Positions 50,153-63,130 of a stretch of 64,000 bases of DNA are shown here, one piece after another. A program made the translations under genes and the position numbers. How positions within the stretch are numbered: the first letter of the stretch is position 1; the number at the start of each line of letters is the position of its first letter. A model generated the notes under the pieces. That model ran no database searches and had not been told where the DNA came from. It saw nothing but the letters and a program-made list of their open reading frames with translations. The stretch covers positions 70,571,480 through 70,635,479 of the forward strand of contig NC_052165.1 of NCBI RefSeq assembly GCF_902713615.1, read 5' to 3'. This DNA comes from Scyliorhinus canicula. Taxonomy: Eukaryota.

Positions 50153-50838
50153 AATGGTGGCATGGGCTGAAGTGCTTAAACCCAAAAAATGTTTAAATTC
50201 ACAGCATAAATCTTGAATCTTTGAATTGTCAACCAAGGATGAAGGTGAAATGTGTTCTTGCATACTGTAAGACTTCCGAAAAGGTGAACCAGCAGTACAT
50301 TTCCATGGGCAGCTTACAAGAAGTTAGAAGTCATGTGCACATGAACAAGAGCAACCCTTCAAGTCTGTTCTTCCATTCATTTTGAATGATAGAGTAATAC
50401 AGCACTGAAGGATGCCGTTTGGTTCCTTCTATCTGTACCATTTGGGTTAGGGCTGGTCTGGACCTCAACCACATTTACGTGTATTTGACCACTGTCCCTG
50501 GATATCCTTACAAACAAAAAATTATTGTTATCCATTTTGAAAATTTCAATTGACCCAGCACCACAGTTCCTTAAAGGAGCGAGTACCTGATTTCCAGTAC
50601 TCATTATGTGGAAAAAGTGCTATCCGTTTTCACTCCTAGATAACTTTGCTCTAATTTTAGGCTTCTTGTTCGGGATTCCGTCATCAGAGGAAATAGTTTC
50701 TCTATATATACCCCATCAAATTTCTTTTAGCATTTTAAAACATCTCTATTAGATCATTCCTTAAGCTTCTAAACTCTAGGGTATACAAGCCTAGTGAACA
50801 GTACTGCAGATGGAGTCTAACCAAGAAACCATACAACC

Positions 50839-51309
50839 TACGGGCTAAAGGAGCCGGTGTTGTATATATTTGGACAAGGGAAGTGATGGGACTTTCACTC
50901 GGTGAGGGCTCTTTGGGGTGTAGGTGGATATGCGGGGTTTGTGCGCTAAAAGGGGAATTTTTGGGCTTTCCTAGGGTCGGGCAAGGGGGAAACGGACCCG
51001 GGCGGGGGGCTCCACGCTGGCCGGTCTAAGCTGGCCAGTGAACAGGAGTGAGGTGGGGGGGGAGGAGGGTGGGGGGGGGGGGGGGGGGCTGCGGCCATCG
51101 GAGCCTGGCAGAACAGGGTCCGAGTCGTCTAGCCGGGGTGGAAAGTTGGAGGGGAAGGAACCGAGGTTGGGGGAAGGAGTTTTACAAGAGGTAGTGGACG
51201 GGAGGAGTTGGGAAGGAGTGGGGGGGGGGGGGGTTTACAACTCTTGGATATCATGTACGGCACTCTTTCAGAGGTTGGACGGTGTTGACCGTGTGTGTGT
51301 GTGTGTGTG

Positions 51310-51344
<35 letters not shown>

Positions 51345-51607
51345 AGGAGGAGTGGACTCTATGGTGACCATGGGCGGTCCCGGACTCCTTTTTTCTTTTT
51401 CTCCTTTGCTTTTTGTTTCCACCGTGGGAGGGTTTGTTTTATTGGATGCATATATTGACAGGTGGGCTGTTGTTTGGGGTGGTGGGAGGATGGATCGTTG
51501 TTATTGTTAAGGGGATTGATTTTGTATTTGTTACCGTTTACTGTTTGTGGGTGGGGTGTAAATTTTGGAGGAAAATGTGAAAATGGAGAATAAAAACATA
51601 TTAAAAA
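50839..51607 (+). mobile_element. Short L1-derived retroposon with a 16-bp TSD, inserted in an old CR1 (~50390-51770, minus strand)
   Basis: aagaaaccatacaacc at 50823-50838 and 51608-51623; GT-rich L1-type 3' UTR, AATAAA and A tail. Confidence 0.85.
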
Positions 51608-52029
51608 AAGAAACCATACAACCAAAACATCACTTCCTTACTTCTGCTTTTCAACCCTCTTCAGATAAAGACCAGTGTTCCAATAGACGTTTCATCACTT
51701 TTTGCAGCTCTGCACACACTTTTAGTGATTTAAGTTCACGGACACCCACATCTCTTAGCTCATAGCATTTACCACTAAATCGCCACTTAATTGTTTAGAA
51801 GGAAGCCTTTTGATCCACGTATGTTCATGGGCTAGTTATTTCAGACCATTGCGCCACATTTTAATCCACATTCCTATTAGTTTGCTTGACCTCAAGTTGC
51901 AGGTAGTAATAAGTTTTGATGTTCAGGTATCCATTAATCAGGTCAAAGTGCTTGGAACGACTTTTTCCAAATGCTGCTTTCAAAATTCAAAGAACAGCCT
52001 ATCAGTCAATGATTCACCAGTTAGATTAA

Positions 52030-52612
52030 AGGGAGGCGGTGGCTTAATAGTATTGTCACTGGACTAATAGTCCAGAGACCAAGGTAATGCTCTGGGGACC
52101 AGGTTTCGAATCCCACCATGACAGATGATAAAATTTCTTTAAATAAATTTAGAGCATCAAATTATTTTTTTTCCCCAATTAAGGGGCAATTGATCGTGGC
52201 CAATCCACCTACCCTGCACAGTTTTGGATTGTGGGGGTGTGACCCACCAAACATGGGGAGAATATGCAAACCTCACACGGACAGTAACCCGGGGCCGAGA
52301 TCGAACCTGGGTCCTCGGCGTCGTGAGGTAGCATAGCTAACCACTAGGCCACTATGCTGCCCAGATGAGGAAATTTGAATCCAAAAAAAGTTGGAATTAA
52401 AAGCCTAATGATGACCACAAAACCATTAGCAGACTATCATAAAAAAATATCTGGTTCACTAATGTCTTTAGGGAAGAAAGTCTGCTTTCCTTACACGTGA
52501 TTCCAGATCCACAACAATATGGTTGACTCTTAAATGCCCTCTGAAATGGCCGCTCAGTTCAAGGGCAATTAGGGTGGGCCAGCGACACCCACATTCCATA
52601 AATGAATAAAAA
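52030..52612 (+). mobile_element. Type E SINE with a nested antisense type A SINE (52138-52362)
   Basis: Nested copy flanked by cagatga(ta/gg)aaattt. Confidence 0.87.
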
Positions 52613-53174
52613 CAAATTGCCATGGCTTGTTGCCTGGAATTGGCCATATTCCTGTTTGGACACTCCTGTGGCGGAGGACAGGAATTATTGGGATCAATTT
52701 TGAACTATTATTGCATGTATTATATTGGAATAATGCAGGTAGCATTGCATAGACAGCAGTGCACCATGGTTGCAAATTTATTTCAATATTTTTGTTTGTG
52801 TCTGCCTCCCTTTATTTTTCCTCCACCAATGTGCTTTCTGCCAGCTGGCACCCATATGTCCACAATAACCAATCTCTAATAATTGCAGCCTAAAGGCAGA
52901 TTTAAAATATGGACAGAAAATAGTTTGGTCATTTTCAGCTCCACTCAGATCTCCCACATAGTTCTTGTCTATTACTCAAATAAGTCTGACAATTGTCAAG
53001 GCCCTTTTATACCAGAATGGGAAATGTGGTGAGTCAGGCTGTTCTTTTTTTTTCCCAGTCGAGAACTGGGCAAGGGAAATAGTTCCGTAGAAGAGCAGGA
53101 ATAAGACTGAATCTTGATTACAGGAAAGTGCAGTAGTCGTCATCTATGACTTTGTGTTACTACATAGGGAATAA

Positions 53175-53842
53175 AAACTCTCAGCCCGCCTCCGGGCCGG
53201 AGAATCCCTGCGACCAGCACGAATCGCGCCACGCCGTCCCAACGCCGGCATGCAATTCTCCGCAGAGCGGAGAATCGGCGCCATTGGCGCTGGCATGGTT
53301 ATCGCGGTGCCAGTCGGGGGCTGCTCTACGCGGTCCCCCCGCCGATTCTTGGCCTGGGATGGGCCGAGCGGCCGTCGTAAAAAACCCGAGTCCCGCCAGC
53401 GCCGTTCGCACCTGCTCTCAGCCGGCGGGACCTCGGTGTGGAAGAGTCCGGGTGCAGCCTGTGGGGAGAGAGGAGGGGGGGGACCTCCGATGTGGCCTGG
53501 CCCACGATCGGGGCCCACCAATCGGCGGGCCGGCCTCTCCGGCTGGGGGCCTCCTTTCTGCTGCGCCGGCCCCTGTAGCCCTGCGCCATGTTGCGTCAGA
53601 GCCGGCGCGGTGAAGGGAGGCATTGCACATGCACGCACTGGTGCCACTGTGCATGTGCGGACACCGCGGCGCCCAGTTCACGTCAGGATCAGCAGCTGGA
53701 GCGGCGTGGATCGCTCCAGTGCTGTGCTGACCCCCTGTAGGGGCCAGAATTGCTGATCCTGAGGCCGTGTTGATGCCGTCTAGGAACATGACGGCGTTTC
53801 CGACTGCGTCAACACTTAGCCTCAGACTCTCAGAATCCCGCC
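53175..53842. mobile_element. GC-rich Harbinger-like MITE, family 1 (reverse orientation)
   Basis: Ends cagaatcccgcc; reverse-collinear with 32385-32915. Confidence 0.82.
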
Positions 53843-54039
53843 TTCTATTTCTAATTAAAATGTGCAGTAACAGGCCAAGGAGTTCAGGGACAATCATTGA
53901 AATCTCAATTTTTCTCCAATCTTGCAGTTATCAAAATTACCAGACGGATAGAAATATAATTAATAAAAATGTGTAACTAAAAAGCAGATGAAACATTTGT
54001 AATCAGCTGGAACACTGAGGAAATATATATGAGTCCTAC

Positions 54040-54350
54040 TCTATCAGAGGGGCTGTCTTCAAATGACATTAAGCTGAGACCCCAACTGCTTCCTCAGGAG
54101 GATGTAAAAGGAGGATGGCACAACTGCAAAGAAGAGCATGTGGAATACTAACTTGTCCTGGTCGATAATTATCTCTTAACCAAATCACTTTTAAAAAAAA
54201 GACTTATCTGGTCATTATCATATTGCTGATTGTGAGACTTTCCTGTGTGTTAATTGACTTCCAGGTGTCCACCAAAATAAACTTCAAAGCTACTTTATTA
54301 GCTGTGAAGGCCTTTGGGGTGCCAAAAGGTCATGAGCACTGTGGCAATAA
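54040..54350 (+). mobile_element. Old DeuSINE fragment
   Basis: gtcttcaaatgacattaagctgagacccc core; tatctggtcattatcatattgctg. Confidence 0.65.
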
Positions 54351-54420
54351 CATAGTTTTACAAAACACAGAAACAGCACATTCAGTTTAACCGGGCTGTG
54401 CTGGTATTTATACACCACTT

Positions 54421-54632
54421 GGGCAGCACGGTGGTGCAGTGGTTAGCACTGCTTTCTCATGGCACCGAGGTCCCAGGTTCAATACTGGCTCTGGGTCACT
54501 GTCCGTGTGGAGTTTGCACACTCTCCCCGTGTTTGCGTGGCTTTCACCGACAACACAAAGAACTGTAGGTTAGGTGAATTGAACACGCTAAATTGCCCCT
54601 TAATTGGAAAAAATTAATTGGGTACTCTAAAT
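54421..54632 (+). mobile_element. Type A SINE
   Basis: Full head, core and tail. Confidence 0.88.
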
Positions 54633-54843
54633 TGAATTGGGTCTTCGCCCATTCCATCTGCTTCATCTCATCCCTTCAGCATAAATTTCTATTCCCTTTT
54701 CTCTCATACCTGTCTCGGTTCCTATTGAAAGCATCTGAGCTTTTTGCCTTAACCATTCCCGATGGTAGTTTATGCCATACTCTTATTTCGCTATTAGTTT
54801 ATGGGCACTAGTTTGCATTCTCCTAAAAGTGAAGTTATCCTCA

Positions 54844-55063
54844 GGGGAGGCACAGTAGCACAGTGGTTAGCACTGCTGCCTCATGGTGCTGAGGTCCCAG
54901 GTCCGATCCCGGCCCCGGGTCACTGTCCATGTGGAGTTTGCACAGTCTCCCCGTGTCTGCGTGGGTCTCACCCCCACAACCCAAAAGATGTGCAGGGTAG
55001 GTGGATTGACCAGGCTAAATTGCCAATTAATTGGAAAAATATAACTGGGCACCCTAAATTTTA
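54844..55063 (+). mobile_element. Type A SINE, ~19-bp TSD
   Basis: aaaagtgaag(tt/ag)atcctca on both sides. Confidence 0.9.
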
Positions 55064-55832
55064 AAAAAGTGAAGAGATCCTCACAAAACCTACCCTGCCA
55101 ATCAATACATTATTTTAAAGACCTATGTTACTTCAAAATATTCCCAACTATTCAGTCTCTCCAGTTGATGGAATCTTAGTTCTGGAACTATATTTATAAT
55201 TTTTGAGGAGCATTCTCCAGTACTTCTACGTTATTTTAATAGTATGGAAACCAGAAACCACGGTACTCTTAAGTACAAACAACTGACTGGGAAGCTCTGC
55301 AAGTTTAACATGTTTTACTGGCATAATTAATTGCTTTGCTGACCTGAAATTCTGCTTTTAATGATTTGTTTACCTGTATCTCCAGGTCCCTTTGTTCTTC
55401 TACCCCATTCTTATTTTCTAAAGTGTAGGTGATTGCTACAGACCGGAGGGGGGTTAATTTAAACAGCACTCATTTCTCCCCTCACCACCCATCCATAAAC
55501 AGAAAGGTGTTTTTGGTTTGCTTCCTCCTTTATAAGTGGTGGCATATTTCCCAACCCCTTCGTTTTGATTTGATCCAGCCTATCCAGATAGGATAAACTC
55601 GAAGAGTTAGTTTATTTGCATACATACTCAAAATGCAGGAGAAGGGTTGCAACATTTATTCCTGTGCATACATACAGTAAAAACGGATAAAGAAAAGAAT
55701 GATTTACAGAGCACAGAACGTAGTTATTGTTCCATGTGGTTTCCAGAGTTCAGAACCAAAGTCCAATGAGGTATTCATTCACAAAAGGCCTGGTAGCTGA
55801 AAACTGATGCTGGTTAATTTGCTTTTCCCGAA

Positions 55833-56036
55833 AGGGCAGCATGGCAGCGCAGTGGTTAGCACTGCTGCCTCACAGTGCCGAGGTCCCAGGTTTTATCCCG
55901 GCTCTGGGTCACTGTCACATTCTCCCCATGTTTGCATGGGTTTCACCCCCACAACCCAAAGATGTGCAGGGTTTGGCCACGCTAAATTGCCATTAATTGG
56001 GAAAAAAATTAATTGGGTACTCTAAATTTAAAAAAA
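55833..56036 (+). mobile_element. Type A SINE
   Basis: Head and tail present; flanked by a cttttccc repeat. Confidence 0.85.
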
Positions 56037-56549
56037 TTACTTTTCCCATGGTATTTACTTCACATGATGCGATAGGCATACAGACATGATCCAGTCTTGT
56101 AAGTGATGATGCAGGCTTTCCAATAGAAGCAGTATAGAAGGGACCAAGTGACCAAGAAAAAATATACAGATGTCCCTCACATGTTTCCATTTTTCCTACC
56201 AAAGTTCACCACCTCACATTTATCTACGTTACAGCTTATTTGTCATTTAGCTACATGGTTTGTAATTTTCTAACGTCCTTCTGTTTTATGTTGCATTGTT
56301 CTTCAGTGATAGCTCTGGCCCCCAGTTCAGTATATTAAACATATCTACACGCTTGGATATTGAGGTATTTGTTCCCAAGTCAACATCATGAAATTAGGAA
56401 ATACAGTGATTCTTATAACTTCCTTTATTACCTTCTAATCTGAATAACCATCCTTTACCCCTGTTCTTGTGCCAATTTCTTTTGCCAGTTTACTCTGTTT
56501 GTCCCTTGACTCTATGTGCCCCATTCATTGTTGCAAGCATGGTATCAAT

Positions 56550-57680
56550 TCAATATTGAGGACTGCACTAGATTGCAGGACATTAATACACTTGAATAAT
56601 GGGAAAATAATGGACAACACATACAAATATGAGGTTGAGCATTTTGGCAGGAAGAATGGGAAGTCCTAATTTGGAAGATGGTAGTGGTCATAGAATTTAC
56701 AGTGCAGAAGGAGGCCATTTGGCCCATCGAGTCTGCACCAGCTCTTGGAAAGAGCACCCTACCCAAGGTCCACACCTCCACCCTATCCCCATAACCCAGT
56801 AACCCCACCCAACACTAAAGGCAGTTTTGGACACTATGGGCAATTTAGCATGGCCAATCCACCTAACCCGCACATCTTTGGACTGTGGGAGGAAACCGGA
56901 GCACCCGGAAGAAACCCACACACACACAGGGAGAACGCACAGACAGTGACTCAAGCCGGGAATCGAACCTGGGACCCTGGAGCTGTGAAGCAATTGTGCT
57001 ATCCACAATGTTACCGTCGGGTAGAGGAAGAAAGGAAATCCTGGAGTGCAAGTATATCACTCACTGATTGTTGTGCCACAGGTTAGCACGGCCATAAAAA
57101 AGGCAAACCAAGTGCTATGTTGTATTTCTAAAGCAATAGAATTGAAAAGGAGGAAGGTTTTTCTAAACCTGTGCCGAATCTTGATTGGACCACACTTAAG
57201 TGTATTGCCGTATTATAAAAAAAGATATTGAGAAGAAGGTGCCACGTAATTTTACAAGAATTATATTGGAATTACATGGGTATACACATCAGGAAAGGAT
57301 GAACAGGTTAGGTCTCTTTTCTCTTTCAAACAAAAAATGGCAGAATGGTGACCTAATAAAGATCTTTAAAATTATGAAAGGTTTTGATAAATGGGGTTTA
57401 GAGAAAATGAAGAGCATAATTAGAAACTACCAACATAAGATAGTCACCAAGAAATCAAATAGGGAATTTAGAAGAAGCATTTTTACCCAAAGACTGGGAT
57501 GAATACGGAATTTGCTGCTCTAGGGAATGGTTGAAATGAAGAATATACTTGTATGTAAGGAAAAGCTAAACAAACAAACGATGAAGAAGGGAATAGATGG
57601 TTCGGATGGATTTAGATGAGGAAAGTTGGGAGGGGACTCGAGTAGAAGGGCCTGTTTCACTGCCGTGTATCTGATATACC
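56550..57680 (+). mobile_element. CR1 ORF2 C-terminal fragment with a nested antisense type B SINE (56688-57017)
   Basis: AIKKANQVLCCISKAIE and ERMNRLGLFSL...GDLIKIFKIMKGFD. Confidence 0.85.
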
Positions 57681-59780
57681 TTCTCAAAAGTATTTCGAAA
57701 AACAAATATGTAACATCCACTTTACCCTTGTCTGCAGTTGCGATCCCTCCTATAAAGAATTTAATCCCATTAGTTAAGCATGATTTCACCTTTTGGAGTC
57801 AATACTGACTCTTGTTTATTATATTTTCTGTTCTAACATATTTTTCATATAGATTTTATATATAGATTCCAATATCTTTCCTAATGTTATGCTGACTGAT
57901 TCTCAGTTTTTGTTGTATCTCTCCTTTTATACATTGGGACAACAATAGTTACCCACCAGCCCGTTGATACTATCTGCCATTCGAAGGAAATTTTGCTAGT
58001 CTTGGGCTTGTGTAAGTGTACACCACCTGGACCTGGGGTTTTCACCTCTCTTAGTTTTACTAGTTTATGAATTATGTTTTCCCCTTTTGTACCCGAACTA
58101 TATTAATAATCTTTATAAGCTCAGCCTTTGGTGAAATGCCTATTCTATTATCTTTTTTAGTTAAAAACTGAGGTGAAGTTGGTATCCAATGCTTATGTCT
58201 TTTGGTGACCCTAACTTAGTTCAATTTTCATTTTGTTATTTATCTGCCTATGGAACACTTCATTATTTCTTTACATTCCTTTTAATTTGATTTTTGAATC
58301 TCTCTTTGGCTTCCTGTTTATTAGTAATCCTCTCCTAGTTCTTTGTACTGCTTTATGACATTCTCTCCGATAGTATTGAAGTACTTATGCATCTTTTTCT
58401 TTATGTTCACTTTACTCAATTCCTTATTAATCCGTAGTGGCCCATAACCATTTTGCTTGTTTTTAGTGTTCATGAGGATATATGTCTTTTGAACTCTATA
58501 GATTACACTCTTAATGATTTCCCTCTGTTTTGCCATTTCTTTGTTTTTGCGAGTTCTCTCAGTTTATCTTATTTAGGTTCATTCAGCAGTCTTTTCTTAT
58601 TGAAATTCTTGCAGAATAAGTATGAACTGCAAAAACCTATTCACCACCTAGAATTGCCTACATACTCCTTCCTCTAATTTCCTTTTGCTTTTTGGATATT
58701 TAAAGTAAATAACTATTAGGATGGTGGATTCAATTCATATAGATTCTGTCTATCTACCTCACTATTTACATGATTTTTGTTCTGCTGTTCGTGTTATCTT
58801 TTTTTTAAAATTTAAAGTACCCTATTATTTTTTTTTCCAACTAAGAGGCAATTTCGCATTCCCAATCCACCTAACCTGCATATCTTTGGGTTGTGGGGGT
58901 GAAACCCATGCAGACATGAAAATGAAAAATGAAAATCACTTATTGTCACAAGTAGGCTTCAAACGAAGTGAAAAGCCCCTAGTCGCCACATTCCGGCATC
59001 TGTTCGGGGAGGCCGGTATGGGAATTGAACCGTGCTGCTGGCATGCCTTGGTCTGCTTTCAAAGCCAGCGATTTAGCCCTGTGGTAAACCAGCCCCCACA
59101 GGGAGAATGTGCAAACTCCACACGGACAAAGACCTAGGGCTGCGATTCGAACCTGGGTCCTCAGCGCCGTAACCCCAGTGCTAACCACTGAGCCCTTTGT
59201 TATCTTTAATTAATACAGCCACTCCACCACTCCTCCTTCCTTCGTAAATGTATTGTATCCTTCATTATTTAGTTTTCAAACCTGACCTCTTTGCAAACAT
59301 TCTTTTTTTAAAATCTTTTTTAAAATTTAGAGTACCCAATTAGTTATTTTCTAATTAAGGGGCACCTACCCTGCACATCTTTGGTTTGTGGGGGTGAGAC
59401 CCATGCAGACATGGGGAGAATATGCAAACTCCACACAGAAAGAGATCAGGGGTCGGGATCAAGCCCAGGTCCTCGGCACAGTGAGGCAACAGTGCTAATC
59501 ACTGCACCACGGTGTTTCCCATCTTTGCATTCTTACTACATCCAGATTCTCTCTCAAATTTATTGCCTCTAGTTCATCCATTTTTTTGAATATTAGTTTC
59601 ATTGCCACACACACTTTATTGAAAAGAGAAGAATAATTATTTTATCTTTATGCTGTATAACTTTATCGGATCACTGGTCTTTTGTATAATTCATATTCCC
59701 TCCTTTAGTTGTCATTTACTATCTTTTCTGATTCTTTTATTCTGTAATTTCTGGCAGTTTCTTCTCTTCCCTGCCACCAT
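57680..59780 (-). mobile_element. Old CR1 fragments with nested SINEs (type A 58803-59195 containing type D 58916-59096; type A 59315-59520)
   Basis: KSCLTN.I.FF...VDVTYL.F in ORF 57520..57789; SINE motifs as above. Confidence 0.75.
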
Positions 59781-59820
59781 GTTACATTTTAAGTCTTACT
59801 TAAAACAACAATAATTTGTG

Positions 59821-60592
59821 GGTGTGATTTACCGTCTGCATACGACCGGAATCGGGGCAGGACGTGGCTGGTAGACCCCGGGTGACTCTCTCCAGGGATT
59901 CCTGGTGGTTGTAACGCCTCGTAAGATCTAACCAGATCTGGGCTCCACCCACAATGGGCAGAGCCCAGACTCGCACTGTGCATTTAAAAACGCACTTAGT
60001 CGTGCTGACGTCAGATCGAATGGCCACCCTACATCTACCGGCCTCTCTGAGGAGACTTCAACCGGGCACCATTCAGCATTGAGGACCATGCGGAACAGCA
60101 CTTGGAGGGGGAGTGGTATCTCTCAGGCTATCAGAAGTTCCAGGCGGTTGGTCTTTGGGCAGGGTGGCATTCTGGCACTGATGGTGTCACCTGGGCACTT
60201 TGACACTGCCAGCCTGGCACTCTGGCAATGTCACCTGGCACCCTGACAGTGCCCCCAGATTGGCACTGCCAGGAGAGCAGGGGCACTGCCAGGGTGCCAG
60301 GCTTGCATTTTGCCTATGCCCGGGATCGGGCACAGGGGTGCCCTGCCCCTGTGATGTGGTGTGTGGGCGAAGGGGGCCCTAAGGACCCGCTTATAGTTGG
60401 GTGATCCTTGGGCACCCAAAATGGCGTCTCGTTCTCTTCCTGCACTGATGAGCTGCACTCGTCACTAGGGCCTGAAATAGCAATAGAGTGCCTATCTACC
60501 AGGGTCATACCTGGCACTACAGGCACCGGGAACGACCCCGCAAATCCGGCCCAGAACGGACTCTAATTTTTTTTCTTTGGTTAGATCGTGCC
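59821..60592. mobile_element. GC-rich MITE, family 2
   Basis: ggtgtgatttacc / gttagatcgtgcc ends; tggcactgcc repeats; homologous to 18874-19681. Confidence 0.72.
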
Positions 60593-61899
60593 CAGTGTCT
60601 ATCTTGTATTAAACCTGATTTCCTGGATTTACACAAGGTGCTCCAGAAAGATGGATACGAATTTGGAATTCGTATCCATCTGATTAGGAATCAGTGAAGG
60701 TCAATGAACACCGGACAATGGATGGACAGGACTTGGTGCAAGTTAGGATATGGGGCACACTTGTCTTTAACCAAATCAGTCATAAATTGAGAATATCATT
60801 CTGTTTCCATTATCCCAAATGCAAACCCGCAGTGCACTGCTGGCCTCTACACCATTAAAGAATCCGGATTTTGGTGTTTCATAGTAGTGAGGGAGAAAAA
60901 CAACTTGGAGCAGGAGATTAAGGGAAAAGAGGGAGATAATGAGGGGCAAGAGAGCAAGGAATTGAGACTAACAGAATGAATGAGGTAATGTGGAGGAGTG
61001 TGAGATGAAGGGGGATTGGTATGGAGGATTGTGAAAGGAAGGGGAATTGGTTGAAGTTGGGTTGGGGTTGGTGATTGGCGGGACGAGTGTCAGAGGAGCA
61101 TTAATATCCAAAGTGATTTAAAGAAAATAGTTTGAAACCAGTTTATCAGAAGTCAATTGGCAGCACTAAATACTGGTGTGTACCATGTTAAAACGTGTGG
61201 CACCTTCTTGAGGTGGAATGTTTTTTCCTTGATCTTGATTTTTGAAAGCTTGATGGTATTTGGATGTTATGGATGAAGAAAAGGGACATGGTCGTGCAAT
61301 GCTTAAGCAGACTGCCACTTTGTCACAGGGATTTGGATTTAAATCTAATCAGAGCAATGGGGTCAAAGTGAACTTGAATTATATTTGCCAGTTTGTGGTA
61401 TGTATTGCTTATACTTTAGTAAACATGTTATTGGGAGAAGCAAATACATTCTCAGCCATACAGCAGGAGATTCTCTTTTGAAGTTGGGTTTGAACTAGTT
61501 TGTCAGAAAAGAATAAATGGAAGCTTTGACTACCTAGTTTTGATGGATTCTGTTGCTGAGCATTAGAAAGCTGTTGAGGTGATGTTTCCCAGAGTTGACT
61601 TTCTTCATCTTTAATGAGTATGTTTTCAAAGAGAAGTCACTGGAGATGCGGAAAGACATTGGACTTGTGCTTTCTCTCATGATTGTTTAAATGCAAGTAG
61701 GTTTTGGCAGTTAATGGAAACTAGATTAAAATGAAGAAGGGATAAAGTGGGACTTCAATTCGTGCATTATTTATGGAGATAGCTAAGATGCAAAGGAATA
61801 AATACACTGGAGCTCCTCATACTGCAAAAATATTTTTTTTTGTCTGTGCAAAATATGTTTTATGAAAATTCTAATAATATTTATAGAAAAAAGAACAGA

Positions 61900-62092
61900 T
61901 TTGAAAATGAAAAGAATGAAATGAAAATCGCTTATTGTCACAAGTAAGCTTCAAATGAAGTTACTGTGAAAAGCCCCTAGTCGCCACATTCCGGCGCCTG
62001 TTTGGGGAGGCTGGTACGGGAATTGAACCATGCTGCTGGCCTGCCTTGGTCTGCTTTAAAAGCCAGCTCTTTAGCCCTGTGCTAAACCAGCC
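61900..62092 (-). mobile_element. Type D SINE
   Basis: (aatga)n tail and ccctgtgctaaaccagcc head. Confidence 0.9.
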
Positions 62093-63130
62093 TTTGCTTT
62101 GATACTGTGAATGTTACAAAAATCAAATCACCAACTTCCCCCTGTCTGCAAAGTATTTTTAGAAGTGGGGAGTGTGAAGTGTTCACGACTTGTAGCATCA
62201 ACCATTGTTCTTCTTTATTGTCTTTTCCTCTTGCTGTTTTAAAAACAGTAAGTGTTCAATCAATGTTTGATTCGAACTTGATACACACTGTGTGTGTGAA
62301 TAAATATTTCCTGATATCACTTCTAAATGATCTGTCTCTAATTTTAAGTTTAGGTTCCATTGCTCTGTGCGCCAGCAAACAAAGAAAATAGATTTTCTCC
62401 ATCTACTTTGTTAAATACTTTCTTCATGTTAAACACCTCTATCAGATCATCTCTTCAATACTCCAGGAATTCTAAGTAACCTGTCCTTAGCGTTTCACTC
62501 TGGTGAATCCATGATGCTTCCCTTCCAAGGCCCAGATATCCTCCCTGAGGTCTAGTGCCCAGAACTGAAGATCAGTTGGAGCCCCACCAAGTTCAGCTAA
62601 CCAGGGCCACAACTGGGGGCTTATCTGGCCTGCATAACTATAACTCCCTATAGGGCATTTACACATTGAGTTGAAGAGCCATTTCTGGATCTGATTATGT
62701 GTATATAGATATGTAGTTTCATTAATATTTCCATTCTGAGAACTATATTATATATGTCAAAACTTGCATTTGACTATAGTACTGAGATATTGTATCAAAT
62801 GTGTTACATTAGCCATTTTGAGATGTTTCCATTCTTGCACGCAAAATTAATTTGCGAGACTCAGCAGGATTTACTTAAATTATTTGTGTTCCATAGATAA
62901 AATCTCCAATTCGTGCTTTAAAATAATCGGAGACCATTACATTAATGGTAATATAGTGCAGTGAGCAACTGAGCAGAAATTTTGCACAAAATGCATTCAA
63001 CACAACAAGAATCTGTTTGTTTCTTTCATTTAAGTTAATCATAAGCTTTCTAGTGCAGCAGTTTTATATACTAAAAGAAAAAAAGTCATCTGTAAATTGA
63101 ATGCTTATTGAATCCCTTTATTCAATCACT

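Noticed and set aside
32229-53897. Many 100-200 aa ORFs in GC-rich segments
   Set aside because: They fall in MITEs, where high GC suppresses stop codons, and frames are not conserved between copies.
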